Origin: Octopus bimaculoides
Taxonomy: Eukaryota
Direction: 5' to 3'
Length of the DNA stretch: 59,207 nt
NCBI RefSeq assembly: GCF_001194135.2
Contig: NC_068981.1
Span: 56,007,162 to 56,066,368 of the forward strand
The notes below the pieces were generated by a model. It worked only from the letters and a program-made list of their open reading frames with translations, did no database searches and was not told where the DNA came from. Below, in pieces: positions 34,901 through 45,070 of this stretch. Position numbers and translations under genes: made by a program. The stretch's first letter is position 1, and each line of letters opens with the position of its first letter.

Positions 34901-36615
34901 GTGCCTGCCACTTCTTCCCATGTCTTACTTGGTCTTCATCATCTGCAGGCTCTTTACACTTAGATCATTTCTTCTCCTAACCCTCATCCTTCATACTCAT
35001 TAAAATCTAATGTTATTGAGCTCATATGTAATGGTAAATATATAAAGATATAACCACAGCATGATACTTTGGGCAAGTGTCTTTAACTGTTGCTTCAGGC
35101 TGACCAAAGCCTTGAGAATAAATTTATTAGCAAGAAACTGAAAGAAACCCATCACATCAAATTGTGTGTGTGTGTTTCTTTGTCTTGACATCCTGCAATA
35201 GTTGTCAACAAGTCTTCACCATCCTGCAAGTGGAGTGCTTTGTTTTCAGGCTTTCATGTAAACATGTCTGGGTACAAAGAAGTACTATCTTGTTTGGAAA
35301 CAGATGAGGGTTGGCAACAGGAAAGGCATCTGGTCATAGAAGAGTTACTTCAACATGTTCCATCTGACTGATGCAAACCAGAAAAAGTGGGTGTTAAAAT
35401 GATGATGATGATGAAGTAATATATTTAGGTTAATGTTGAGAAAAAAAGATGGAGGGTGCAATATGAGGTGAATGACAAAGAAACGGACTACAGTGAATTA
35501 TGCAAGAGTACTCTAAAGTAAGAAAAGTAGTCAACAGAAAAACATTCATTACACAGTATACTTTTAAGCCATTATATATGAGGTAAAATAGCGTGGCCCA
35601 CATTCTCTGTGGGTCCTTTTAGCTAAAAAATGGCTGTTGAGATTGATGTAGTGAGAACTATTTAAAAAGGAGAACTTTTTTTATATTTATGCGAAGAAAA
35701 TTTTTTTCCAATAATTAAATTACACTGTGTGTCAAATTTAGTTTCACTAAATTGATCAATTTCCTTTTTAAAATATTAGTTGATGTCAGCATTTAGTGGT
35801 GGAGATGTAGTATGTAAAGTTGAAGATCTTGGAGAATTTTCATTGTATTCAGGATTTGTAACTGGAAGATTTATTGAAACTGTAAGTGAAAACTATTTAC
35901 ATTTTACTTTGAATAAAGTGATATTGTTGATATATGAGAATAAATTGTTATTGTTTTGAAGATAATAATAATATTGGAAATTTTTGTTGTTTTATTTATG
36001 AATCAATAATAGTTATGTTAAAATTCACTAAGAACATTACAAGTTGTATAATGAATAAAATTTTGTGTAATGTCTAAGATTGCATTTTATTATATTATTT
36101 TCTTAGTGAGTCAGGTGCCATAGTGCACTAGTAAGTTGTTAAGTGAGGTCTGTTTCCCAGTTGCAATTCCATATTGCTAACACTTTTGGGAAAGCTTCAG
36201 TTGTTGGACTGAAATAAAAATTAGTTGGGTTCAGTAACTTTTGAAGGGCATTCCTCATTAAAGACCGAAAAGTCAGTGTATTGAGTAAAGTGCTTGGAAA
36301 GAAATATAAAAATATATTATCCCTTATACTTTATACCATATGTATATATCTTCAGTTTTATTTCTTCGTTTTTATTTAATCTACTTTCAGGTTCCTAACA
36401 AAAAGATTGTTCAGAAATGGCGTTTAAAAAACTGGCCAACGGATCATTTTTCTCATGTGACATTAGAGTTTGAAGAAAAGGGCGATTCTACCATGTTACA
36501 TCTTACTCAAACCGGTATACCACAGAAAGAATATGAATATACACAAGACGGGTGGGCTCAGAACTATTGGGCACGCATAAGACAGAGATTTGGTTATGGA
36601 TCACAAATCTTCTAA
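5064..36615 (+). CDS. AHSA1: Activator of Hsp90 ATPase (Aha1), complete 9-exon gene, 342 aa (span includes introns)
   Basis: Manually spliced exons (80+80+111+86+121+74+150+102+225 = 1029 nt) give an open frame from MAKWDQRDPRWIVE to RFGYGSQIF*. It aligns end to end, from recall, with vertebrate AHSA1 (MAKWGEGDPRWIVE...FGYGARLF). All introns are GT-AG with consistent phases. Confidence 0.96.
5652..5666. promoter_or_regulatory. Second 3-unit HSE in AHSA1 intron 1
   Basis: cTTCt-cGAAc-aTTCc. Confidence 0.45.
6831..7330 (-). mobile_element. Decayed Merlin / IS1595(ISXO2)-like transposase
   Basis: Frameshifted minus-strand peptides QWMFSSVELGTRWCFLIEV...LLLVLLYILPE and YHQHLTAKH...IDPVIHVCNNHIDG resemble the ISXO2-like WVFGGVER...CFLV.V...ILPG..HLTVNHS..FVDP..TN.IEG motif series. 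Confidence 0.6.
7547..7752. mobile_element. piggyBac-type MITE (family A)
   Basis: Ends CCCTTAAGCA...TGCTAAAGGG, flanked by TCAA/TTAA; related copy at 47993. Confidence 0.65.
8690..10255 (+). mobile_element. Heavily decayed RTE LINE
   Basis: Fragments such as LEVVDNFSYLG and an RT C-terminal region related to the other RTE copies in the window; many stops; interrupted. Boundaries are approximate. Confidence 0.55.
12172..12251 (+). CDS. AHSA1: AHSA1 exon 2 (VEKNATSWSKNKITELLAGFVIQDED)
   Basis: Acceptor ttttcAG, donor GTAAGT at 12252. The first G completes the split TGG. Matches the TERDASNWSTDKLKTL region. Not called by the ORF track. Confidence 0.92.
15395..15947 (+). mobile_element. 5'-truncated young RTE LINE 3' end with (GAT)n tail
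   Basis: RMEEDSCVKKCHTLTVEGTRGRGRPRKTWAEVVRQDL...DRDLWKWAV* followed by 3'UTR and GGACGTTAAAC(GAT)n. Confidence 0.85.
17100..18292 (-). mobile_element. Decayed CMC/Chapaev-3-like DNA transposase
   Basis: Colinear frameshifted motifs AYRLYF, DMPF..HHDDCYIC, LFTDSS.SLK, LKEDYVNVIQLLAKINY..DVCMDFK, GLIKQFVKA..GIFTGPKI, and MPLKGYFLHKHLD. Confidence 0.7.
19720..20740 (-). mobile_element. RTE LINE 3' end with long 3'UTR (older subfamily)
   Basis: (CAT)n tail on the + strand at ~19720-19748, shared GATGCCCTTTCTAATGCCAACCAC block, ORF C-terminus remnant at ~20540-20740. Confidence 0.7.
20945..21456 (+). mobile_element. RTE reverse-transcriptase fragment
   Basis: IKLLDQV...GTTDVIFLVR...AFIDLEKAFDRV...HQGSVLSPFLIII...IYTDDLILIAES. 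Confidence 0.8.
21461..21681. mobile_element. piggyBac-type MITE (family B)
   Basis: TTAA|CCCTTT...AAAGGG|TTAA; related copy at 37262. Confidence 0.75.
23976..24330 (+). mobile_element. tRNA/CORE-type SINE
   Basis: GCAGGCATGGCTGTGTGGTTAAGAAG...GGGTTCAGTCCCA head; body shared with copies near 22495, 35050 and 48860. Confidence 0.6.
25382..25492 (+). CDS. AHSA1: AHSA1 exon 3 (Y-FCEITELSKIEGEATANNRKAKLIFFYEWDIKLEWS-G)
   Basis: Conserved NNRKxKLIFFYEW motif; acceptor ttgatAG, donor GTAAAT. Confidence 0.95.
25730..26705 (+). mobile_element. Decayed RTE RT-to-tail fragment in AHSA1 intron 3
   Basis: VQALY...VHQGSFLSPLLFIIV...ELLYADHL...LKVNLARTK; ends in an ACCCATGCCAGCATGGAAAA tail. Confidence 0.75.
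26852..26937 (+). CDS. AHSA1: AHSA1 exon 4 (KFKTSNNKFKGKAEVLNLSEENTEDELD)
   Basis: KGxxExxNLSxEN motif; acceptor tttatttAG, donor GTGAGT. Confidence 0.93.
29248..29368 (+). CDS. AHSA1: AHSA1 exon 5 (INVSVEDSG...GMYIRSLKE-E)
   Basis: Acceptor cttacAG, donor GTAGTT; C-terminal helix of the Aha1_N domain. Confidence 0.93.
30447..30520 (+). CDS. AHSA1: AHSA1 exon 6 (YSQGIILPTKDKADNKDRKALIVP)
   Basis: E-Y/F-x-QG-x-ILPT motif; acceptor catatAG, donor GTATGT; not in the ORF track. Confidence 0.9.
30721..30870 (+). CDS. AHSA1: AHSA1 exon 7 (NNVKREM...EEFVCSAADLYRVFTVPE)
   Basis: Linker plus start of the AHSA1 (START-like) domain, LYRVFT motif; acceptor ttacAG, donor GTATGT. Confidence 0.94.
31242..31705. 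other. Assembly gap (N run) in AHSA1 intron 7
   Basis: N run. Other gaps at 3471-3602, 15706-15716, 33726-34350, 43713-43722 and 44730-44839. Confidence 1.
31735..32070 (-). mobile_element. RTE-family 3'UTR fragment
   Basis: TTAACGTCCGTTTTCCAT...GGTTGGATGGTTTGACAGGAGC is the reverse complement of the shared RTE tail. Confidence 0.6.
32915..33135. promoter_or_regulatory. CpG-rich promoter-like island in AHSA1 intron 7
   Basis: About 15 CpG in ~210 bp against an AT-rich background. Two NRF1-type GCGCATGCGC-like sites (32947-32958, 32989-33000), YY1-like GGCCGCCAT (32923-32931), and TTCCCAGAA (32970-32978). Confidence 0.55.
33383..33611. mobile_element. Long-TIR MITE
   Basis: About 85-bp near-perfect inverted arms (GGAAGGTGTTTATAAGCCATTT...TTTGTCAAA) with a ~55-bp spacer. 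Confidence 0.8.
35050..35412 (+). mobile_element. SINE with (GAT)n tail
   Basis: CORE-like TTGGGCAAGTGTCTT..., body shared with the 23976 copy, tail GTTAAAATGATGATGATGATG. Confidence 0.55.
35780..35881 (+). CDS. AHSA1: AHSA1 exon 8 (LMSAFSGGDVVCKVEDLGEFSLYSGFVTGRFIET)
   Basis: 102 nt, GxFxLxxGxVxGxF motif; acceptor tattAG, donor GTAAGT; not in the ORF track. Confidence 0.9.
36391..36615 (+). CDS. AHSA1: AHSA1 exon 9, terminal (VPNKKIVQKWRLKNWP...FGYGSQIF*)
   Basis: Acceptor tttcAG; conserved KIVxKWR..WP and GWxxxYW motifs; TAA at 36613-36615. Confidence 0.96.
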   Translation, partial: VPNKKIVQKWRLKNWPTDHFSHVTLEFEEKGDSTMLHLTQTGIPQKEYEYTQDGWAQNYWARIRQRFGYGSQIF

Positions 36616-36787
36616 CCCTTGCTAATTTAGATAATCTTATGTCATATCTTTTTCCCCTTCTTTTTGAAGTTATCAAGCTTCTGAAACTATAGGTCTACTT
36701 GTAGACTCTGCTCACTCTCAATGCATACTGGTGTGCTATTGGTTAGCACATCACATTATTCATTGCTCTTTTCCTTATTGTATATCC

Positions 36788-36793
36788 AATAAA
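36788..36793 (+). terminator. Candidate AHSA1 polyadenylation signal
   Basis: First AATAAA after the stop codon; further AATAAA at 36967 and 37247. Confidence 0.45.
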
Positions 36794-37261
36794 ATCACTT
36801 TTAAAGGATTCGTTAAATCAATGACTTTGATGTTATAGTTGTCATAAAAATCTGTTACATTCTTTTATTTTGCATTATTTGGTTATGTTGCTTTAAAAGA
36901 ATCTCAAGCAATGATTTTAACTTTAAACTAATTAATGTCAAGTTATTGAAGCCCCAATTTTGTGAGAATAAACCCATTTAAAGAGAATTATTTGTCCTTT
37001 TCTTTTCAAATGTGTTTACCCTTTTAATAATTTTTGTTAAAAAAATGTACATTTAATGTACAATCTAGTAAATTAAAATCATTGCTGGTTGTAATATTAG
37101 CTTTGTATTATTGCTAAGGTATCAAGCGTAGACTGACTAGAGTTACTCCATCTTCATCTAAATTTGAATTTATACTTTAGGTATGGGCATAATATTCATT
37201 AATAAGGGATGAAACTTCTTGAAGAGAAACTACTGGGATGGTATTCAATAAAAAGGACTAA

Positions 37262-37458
37262 CCCTTCTAATACCAACTATTTGAGACTGGTCTTGGTTCT
37301 AAGATGCAAACTTCATGTCTTAAAGAACTTGCATCAAAATTTTGTTAATTTGTTCCAAATTCCAGCTTATTAATGACGATGATTTTATTAAATTCTTCAT
37401 TATTTTCTAAATTAATTAAAACATAGTGTACTTAAACAGAAATATGGTGGCAAAAGGG
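37262..37458. mobile_element. piggyBac-type MITE (family B)
   Basis: CTAA|CCCTTC...AAAAGGG|TTAA; internal similarity to 21461-21681. Confidence 0.65.
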
Positions 37459-38359
37459 TTAATTGATAAATATTAGCTCATTTTACGTTAAATTTCTAAT
37501 AAATATTTCTCTATGTGCATTTTGTAGTGTGTTTGTATATAAATTATTGAATGATAAGGGAACAGGAATTGTTATCTTCATTAGCATACAGCTAATTTTT
37601 GATATTAGAAGCAGTGCACAAAGAAGTGAGTGCTTGTGCAACATCTTGGAGCCATTAAAATGAAGACAGCATCTAAACAGTGCACAACTTCTTATAGCAA
37701 AAACAGTTGGAAGCCAATGAAGTTGATTATGTAATTCCTGTTCCTTTTTCATTCAACAATTTATATTATGTTCTGTATTTGCTTAACACTGTTTTCGAAA
37801 TCATCATTTAACATGTTTTTTCTATTGATTTGCTAAAATGATAGGAAGGGCCTCAATGAATTCCGTTTAACCATGCAGGAGTAGACATTAAACTGAATTA
37901 TATGTATAAAATGCATAGCATGGGTTGGACAGTTTGACCAGAGCTGGAGAGCTGCATCAGGTTCCAGTTTGATTTGGCATGGTCTGTACAGCTGGATGAA
38001 ATCATGCCAAATCAGACCTAGTGCAGCTTGCTGGTTTGCCAGCTCAGGTCAAACCGTCCAACTCATGCCAGCTTGGAAAATGGACTGTAAATGATGATGA
38101 TGATTTAGCATAAAGTGTTAAGCATAAGTATGCTAAGTTCTAACAATTGGTTATTAGTATTGCTATGTCTAAGTGAAATCATATATACATCTTAGAATTC
38201 TGATCTGGTGATTGAAGTAGTGCACAACTAAGAAAAGTCAATGTTAAAAATTTAGATGATTTTTTTCTTTCTTTGCCATGTAACATGTGCACACTAAGCT
38301 TCATTCATATACGTTTGTGTCATATATTCAACATTAAATGATGATGATCACGTTGAGCA

Positions 38360-39800
38360 AGTCATCATCATCATTTAATGTCCACTTTCCCTGCTGGCAT
38401 GGGTTATACGGTTTTGACTAACTGACAAACCAGAGAGCTTCAACAGGATCCAGACTGCATTGACTTGGTTTTTATGGCTAGATGCCCTTCCTGATGCCAA
38501 CTACTACAAGAATGTAGTGGGTGCCCGTCTGTGTGTCACCAGCATGGGTACTTTTACATGTGACTGGCACTGGTGCTTTTATGTGTCAACGGCACCGACT
38601 ACAAATACAATATCACCTGGCTTGATGAGTCTTCTCAAACACAGCAAATCACCAAAGGTCATGATCACTTGTCATTGCCTTTGTGAGACCCCACATTCGA
38701 AGATCATGCTTCACCACCTCGCCCCATGTCTTCCTGGGCCTACCTCTTCCACAGCTTCCTTCCATAATTAGAGATCAACACTTCTTTACACAGCTGTCCT
38801 CATCCATACACATCACATGACCATACCAGCAGTCATCTCTCTTGCACACCGCATCTGATGCCTTTTATGCCCAATTTTTCTCTCAAGACAACTTGCACTC
38901 TGTCATACTTGCACAGACATTACACATCCAATGAAGCTTACTAGATTAATTTCTTTCAAGCCTTCATGTCTTCTTCTGTCATGGCCCATGTTTCACTGCC
39001 ATGTAGCGTGACTGTTCACACACAGGCATCGTACAACCTGCCTTTTACTCTGAAAGAGAGGCCCTTTGTTGCCAACAAAGGTAGAAGCTCTCTGAACTTT
39101 GCCCAGCCTAACGGCTACCCTCTTGGAGCATCCACCTCCACTGCTGACTTGGTCGCCTAGATAATGAAAGCTATCAGCTACTTCTGGGTACCCCCCCGCC
39201 CCACCGCAGCATTTGATGGAGTCTATTTTCAGTATATTTCTAGTGTTTATTGTACTTGTGTATCTGCCACACGCAATGACTATTTTCCCTGTTAACCTTC
39301 CTCTGATATTGCTGTACCTCTTATGTGTCCATAGCTTGCACCGGGTACACCTTATGGAGTTTTGTACCTAAACCATTTCTACATATTGGCCAGAGCTGTC
39401 TACTTTCAGGGATTTGTGATTTGTCTGCTTTCCTACTTACTAAGACTGGTTTTTGTTAGGCCTGTTGATTCCAGACCTTGCTTCCACTTCTGAAATTATT
39501 TCTTCAGTTCTGGTAGTCATTCAGCTATAAGAACAAGGTCATCAGTATAGAGAAGCTCTCAGGGGCAGCCCAACTTAAATTCCTCTGTTATTGTCTGGAG
39601 AACTATGATGAACAAGAAGGGGATAAGGACTGATCGTTGGTGAACTCTTACTTCATCACTTTACTCATTGCCAACCCTCACCTTACTGACAACTTCCCTG
39701 TATATGGCTTGTATAGCTCTCACCAGCCACTCTTCTATTCCTAGTTTCCACAATGATCACCAGATAAAGGAGTAGGGGACCATGTCGGAGGCTTTCTCCA
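38360..39800 (-). mobile_element. Decayed RTE LINE (RT to tail)
   Basis: Minus-strand EKASDMVP...LGIEEWLVRAIQA..SKVRVG...LLYTDDLVLIAE; (CAT)n tail at ~38362. Confidence 0.7.
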
Positions 39801-41654
39801 TATGTCACTGAGCTGATCAAAGCCTTGTGGTTTGATTTGGTAAATTAACTGAAAGAAGCCTGTTGTGTGTGTGTGTGTAAATATATCTGTGCTTCCTTGT
39901 CATTACATTTTAGGCATAAACATGCGTAACCATTATACAAATGTTGTTCATTTTTAATTTTTTATGGAAACCTGTCTAGCCATAAGGAAATATTACTTTG
40001 TTCAGAAACAGATTGATGATAGGAAGGGCCTCAATGAATTCCATCTAACAATGCAGGAGTAGACATTAAAATGCATAGCATTTCTAAGGGAAAAAATCAT
40101 CATTTGTCAAACCTGGAAAATGATGGGCTCCACCAAGTTAAAAATTTTTTTCTACAGCTATCCTCATCCATTCTCACCACATGACCATACCAGCGCAATC
40201 GTCTTTTTTGCACACCACAGCTGATGCTTCTTAGGTCTAACATTTCTCTCCCATGACTGCAAGGCAAAGCATTTATGTAGAGTATCACATCATTTTTACT
40301 AAGAAAGTGGGTGACACTGATTTATCAGTCTGTAAAGTTTTTTAAAATTTACTTTGTGGATAGAATTTAGTGGTTGCACTGTAGGTGTGGTTTGTTTATT
40401 TTTGTGACACTCACACAAGCTGGATTGTTTTACTGGGTGAGCAGAAAGAAAGATTTGGATCAGCAGTGGGAGAAGGTAAACGTTTATAGTGTGATGGTAA
40501 AAAAAGAAGAGGAGAGCAGTCATTTACGTTGTTCGAATTTGGTGGGCAACATTTGTCTTAAATTGTGTACGAAATTAAGGATTAGTCTGAGATTAGTGTT
40601 TAGGATCATTCAAGCATGTATGGGGAACTAATTTAGTGCAAAGGGTTTGTTTTATATGCAAGCACAGACAGGTCAAGTTCTGTGGCTTGCGTTGAAAGAT
40701 CACATTTGAGCATATATTAAACTGAAGAGAGCTAGGCAGACTCAGAAACGAAAGACATGGAGAAGATATGGAAACTAAAAAATCTTGCAATTGGGAATAG
40801 TAAGAGTTTCTAATTCACGCATATAGTTGTACTGAGAAAGATTTACATATTTGCAGTATAGCTGAAAATTGAATTTCTACAAAATTACTTGCTTAGGACT
40901 GCCAATCGATAGAGTGCAGTACCAGCCAAACCTAAAGCAACAGAGAACGAACTAGAAGAGCAGATTGGCGATAGGTATGCTTGGTGAGGCAGAAAGGAAA
41001 ATATTTGCATATGTTCTGCAAGGAGAGGATCAATGGAGTGAGTTGTTCCGAATTCTAGATCTGCGAGTGCTTCAACTAAGGTATGTAACTATCGACTTAA
41101 CTTTTAAGTTTCTAAGAGTTATTCCTCTTATATATAGAAACTCGACGGCCATTATTTCTTGCATCCTTTTCAATGGACAATAAGAAAATGTCTAAAGGTA
41201 CAGGCTCTCACCTTCCAATTTTGTGATTTAAATTGTTCCCAGGCCTGCGATGAGCACGACACTCTGAGTAACACTCACGTGCTCCATAATATAGTCTGTA
41301 TATATTTAACTCTACGTTGTCGCGATCATCGTCACCGTTGTCGTCGTCGTCAATTTACGTCCACTCTCCGTGCTCACGTAGCTTGGACAGGTTGTCGCAC
41401 ACCAATATAATTCATCTTCTGAGTTACTGCCTTCATAGATGGCTCGATAAATCACATCTCGCTCATATTTTTCATTTCTTTCATGACTTCTACAGCTTTA
41501 TGCTATCTAATACCAACCACTTTATTGAGTGTATTTTATCATTGCACCAATACAAGAGAAGGTTGTCGTGTCCTCGATACCTGTTTTCTTAATCTTACTT
41601 GTATGACATATTCAAGTTTTTCTGTAGTGTTGTGTTATCATCGGGGCTCTTGAC

Positions 41655-42500
41655 TCATCATTATCATCATCGTTTAACGTCCATCTTCCATGCATGCATG
41701 GGTAGGACGGTTCATGGGAGCTGGCTAGGTAGAAAAATTGCCCTATGCAACTGTGTCTGTTTTGGCAGGGTTTTTACACTTGGATGCCCTTCCTAACACC
41801 AACCACTCTGCAGAGTGGACTCAGTGCTTTTTACGTGGCACTAGCACAGGCAAAGTTAGTTTTGGCATGATTTTTACAGCTGAATGCCCTTCCAAATGCC
41901 AACCACTTTACAGTGTGGACTGGATGCTTTTTACATGGCATCAGCACTGGCAGGGTCACCAAGTAACTTGCAAGGCGAGGAATTATGAGAGAGGCAGAAC
42001 CATTTGAGGAGGAGAACTCGTATCAGAGGGTAAAAAAAAACAGAGAGGCAGAAACAAGTGTCTTGCTATAACTGAAGGGCATAGGAAGAGATGATCCAGT
42101 ATCAGATGATGAAAAGTTAGAGTGTGACAGAAATAGAGAGGCAGAAATAGGTGTCTTGCAATAGAGGAGATACATGCTTACCCAGTGAGAGAGAGAGAGA
42201 GAGAGAGAGAAAAAGCAACCAAGAATGAGGGCAGAAATAGGAGTGCTGCTGTAGAGGAGATACATGGCTACCCAGTCAGAGGGAAGAGAGAGAGAGTAGG
42301 AAACAGCAAAAGTGTAAGAGAGAGAGAGCAGGACAGAGATGGTGAAGTGCTAGGGTATACTCACAAGTAACAAAGATCAAAGTATATATGTAATGGTATA
42401 GAAAAGAGAGGTATGAAGGGTTGTAATATGCATGGTCAGGTGTTGCCAAGAAGGCACATGTAGGGAGTAGGGATTGCAGTGACTGGTGAAAACCTGGGTA
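41655..42500 (-). mobile_element. RTE 3'UTR with GA-rich tract
   Basis: CATCATCGTTTAACGTCC tail and duplicated GATGCCCTTCC.AA.CCAACCAC blocks; same architecture as 19720-20740. Confidence 0.65.
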
Positions 42501-42597
42501 GAGGGCAGTGAGAACAAGAAAAAGTATTGGAAGACAATCATAGCTTATGAAAAGGAAATATGAGGAAGAAGAAAGATGCTGTTCCTCTTCAACCTTT

Positions 42598-42795
42598 TAC
42601 ATATATACATATATATATACATATATGCATGTGTATATATATATGTATGTATATATATGTGTATATACATCTGCACATATACATATATATGTATATATAG
42701 ATGCATATGTATACATGTATATGTATAGATGTATATGTATATGTATATATATATATATATACATGTATATATAGATTTATATGTATATGTATATA
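42598..42795. repeat. Compound (AT)/(AC)/(GT) microsatellite
   Basis: About 200 bp of ATAT/ACAT/GTAT runs. Confidence 0.9.
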
Positions 42796-43456
42796 TAAAT
42801 ACGGTGTACATTTAAACACATAGGACACCTAGCACGCTAGGAGTAGCCAAAATCCAAAGCACTATTAGGGATAAATTCTGAAGGGCCCATGGTTTCGAAC
42901 TTTAAATTAGCAAATAATGTAATTTGCTAGGCGGAGCTCTCTTCAGCAGGGACGCCTAGATTAACATATAAATACAAGGCAAAACAGTATATGCCTTGTG
43001 CTTATATATTATAACTTTTCAAATCCACCGTGCAAGCGCAGTTTTTTGTTGGCAGCAAATAAAAATAATGCTGGTATTTCTTCAAAATTTATCAATAATT
43101 AATAAATATCAGGGTAGGAAAAAATTTTAGAAATTTTTTACTACCAGTGGCCTAGCATGTAAAAACTAGTCAATAGACTAGTCAATTATTCATATAAATA
43201 CAGTGTACATTTAAACACATAAGAAGTGACCATCATAGGAGATGTAGCATGCTAGAAGGAGTAACCAAAATCCAAACTACTATTAGGGTTAAATTTTGAA
43301 GGGATTGCAAAATAAAAACATTTATGATCTATCTCCTGGACCATGGTTTCAAACTCTGAATTAGCAAATAAAGTAATTTGCTATGCGGAGCTCTCTTCAG
43401 CAGGGACGCCTAGATTAAACATATAAGTATGAGGCAAAAGAGTATATGCCTCATGC
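42794..43456. repeat. Two diverged tandem copies of a ~210-265 bp structured element
   Basis: Copy 1 at 42794-43001 and copy 2 at 43193-43456 share TATAAATAC.GTGTACATTTAAACACATA and an identical GCGGAGCTCTCTTCAGCAGGGACGCCTAGATTAA core. Confidence 0.85.
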
Positions 43457-44581
43457 TAGCATGGGTTGGACGATTTGACTGAGGACTGGCTACACCAGGC
43501 TCCAATCTGATTTGGCAGAGTTTCTACAACTGGATGCCCTTCCTAACGCCAACCACTCTGAGAGCGTAGTGGGTGCTTTTATGTGCCACCAACATGAAGG
43601 CCAGTCACATGGTACTGGCAACGGCCATGCTCAAAATGGTGTATTTTATGTGCCACCTGCACAGGAGCCAGTCCAGTGGCACTGGCAACGATCTCGCTCG
43701 AATGTTTTTTCANNNNNNNNNNGCACAGGAGCCAGTCCAGTGGCACTGGCAACGATCTCGCTCGAATGTTTTTTCACGTGCCACTGGCACAAGTGCCAAT
43801 AAGGCGACGCTGGTAACAATCACGCTCAAATAGTGCTATTTACATGCTACTAGCACGGAAGCCAGACAGCTGCACTGGCAATGATCACACTTGGACGGTG
43901 CTATTAGTGCTCCACTGGTCCAGTTGCCCCAACAGGTCTTCGCAAACTGAGTTTAGTGTCCAATGAAGGAAAGGTATGCATAAGCGGGGTGGCTACACCC
44001 CTGGCAGAGGCCTCGGATTATGGTCTCACTTGGCTCGCCAGGACTTCTCACGCACAGCATATTTCCAAAGGTCTTGGTTACAAGTCATTGCCTCAGTGAG
44101 GCCTATGTTTGAAGGTCGTGCTTCACCACCTCATCCCAGGTCTTCCTGAGTCTACCTCTTCCACAGGCTCCCTCAACCACTAGGCTGTGACACTTTTTTT
44201 CTAGAGCTATCCTCATCCATTCTCACCACATGACCATACCAGCGCAATCGTCTTTCTTGCACACCACAGCTGATGCTTCTTAGGTCTAACATTTCTCTCA
44301 AAGTACTTACATTCTGTCGAGTATGCACACTGACATTACACATCCATCTTAGCGTACTGGCATCAATCCTTCCGTAGGAAGTTAGTTTTTGTATGTGGCA
44401 GATGTTCAGGAGCAATAAACACTGGAAATGCACAGAAAACAACTTCTGCCACATTCCAGGGATAAAAACTAGACGTAGTTGATAGCTTCCATTATCTAGG
44501 TGACCAAGTTAGTAGCGGGGGAGGGTGCACTGAAAATGTAGCTGCTAGAATAAGAATAGCCTGAGCAAAGTTCAGAGAGCT
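43452..44581 (-). mobile_element. Young RTE copy: 3' part on minus (43452-~44375) with an inverted upstream RT segment on plus (~44377-44581)
   Basis: Minus strand: LRWMCNVSV...RRLRWYGHVVRMDEDS plus 3'UTR. Plus strand: VFVCGRCSGAINT..KLDVVDSFHYLGDQVSSGGGC..ARIRIA*AKFREL. Confidence 0.8.
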
Positions 44582-44884
44582 CTTTAGAATTTCAAGATAT
44601 TTTTATGTAATTTTGGTAAATATATCTGTTAGAATGAGATGTCAGTGTTATTTTCATTTTTGCATAATTTAGACAGTTTATTCACCAGACCCTGTACACA
44701 CACACACACACATATATATTTGTATATATNNNNNNNNNNNNNNNNNNNNNNNNNNNNNNNNNNNNNNNNNNNNNNNNNNNNNNNNNNNNNNNNNNNNNNN
44801 NNNNNNNNNNNNNNNNNNNNNNNNNNNNNNNNNNNNNNNTATATATATATATATATGTATATATCTATGTGTCTTAGTATCTGT

Positions 44885-45070
44885 GCTGCATGACAACTGG
44901 TGTTGGTGTGTTTATGTTCCCCGTAACTTAGTGGTTTGGCAAGAGACCAATAGAATAAGTACTAGGCTTAAGAAAATAAGTCCTGAGGTCGATTTGTTCA
45001 ACTAAAACCCTTCAAGACGGTGTTCCAGCATGACCGCAATCAAATGACTGAAACAAATTAAGGATAAAAG
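44885..45070 (+). mobile_element. Octopus-type SINE 3' part
   Basis: GAATAAGTACTAGGCTT...GGTCGATTTG...CCAGCATGACCGCAATCAAATGACTGAAACA; an inverse-oriented relative lies at ~53590-53715. Confidence 0.55.

Noticed and set aside
42545-42828. Y/I/H/T-rich ORFs
   Set aside because: Translations of microsatellite
43640-43800. Repeat units that could be mistaken for a CRISPR-like array
   Set aside because: Tandem units of the RTE 3'UTR with no unique spacers; eukaryotic context and no cas genes
44575-44600. GCTCTTTAGAATTT resembling U7 snRNA
   Set aside because: Formed by an RTE/flank junction; no complete Sm site or 3' stem-loop
3456-44893. Long ORF-track entries rich in X (3456, 31108, 31222, 33604, 33711, 44639, 44678)
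   Set aside because: Artefacts of reading through N gaps
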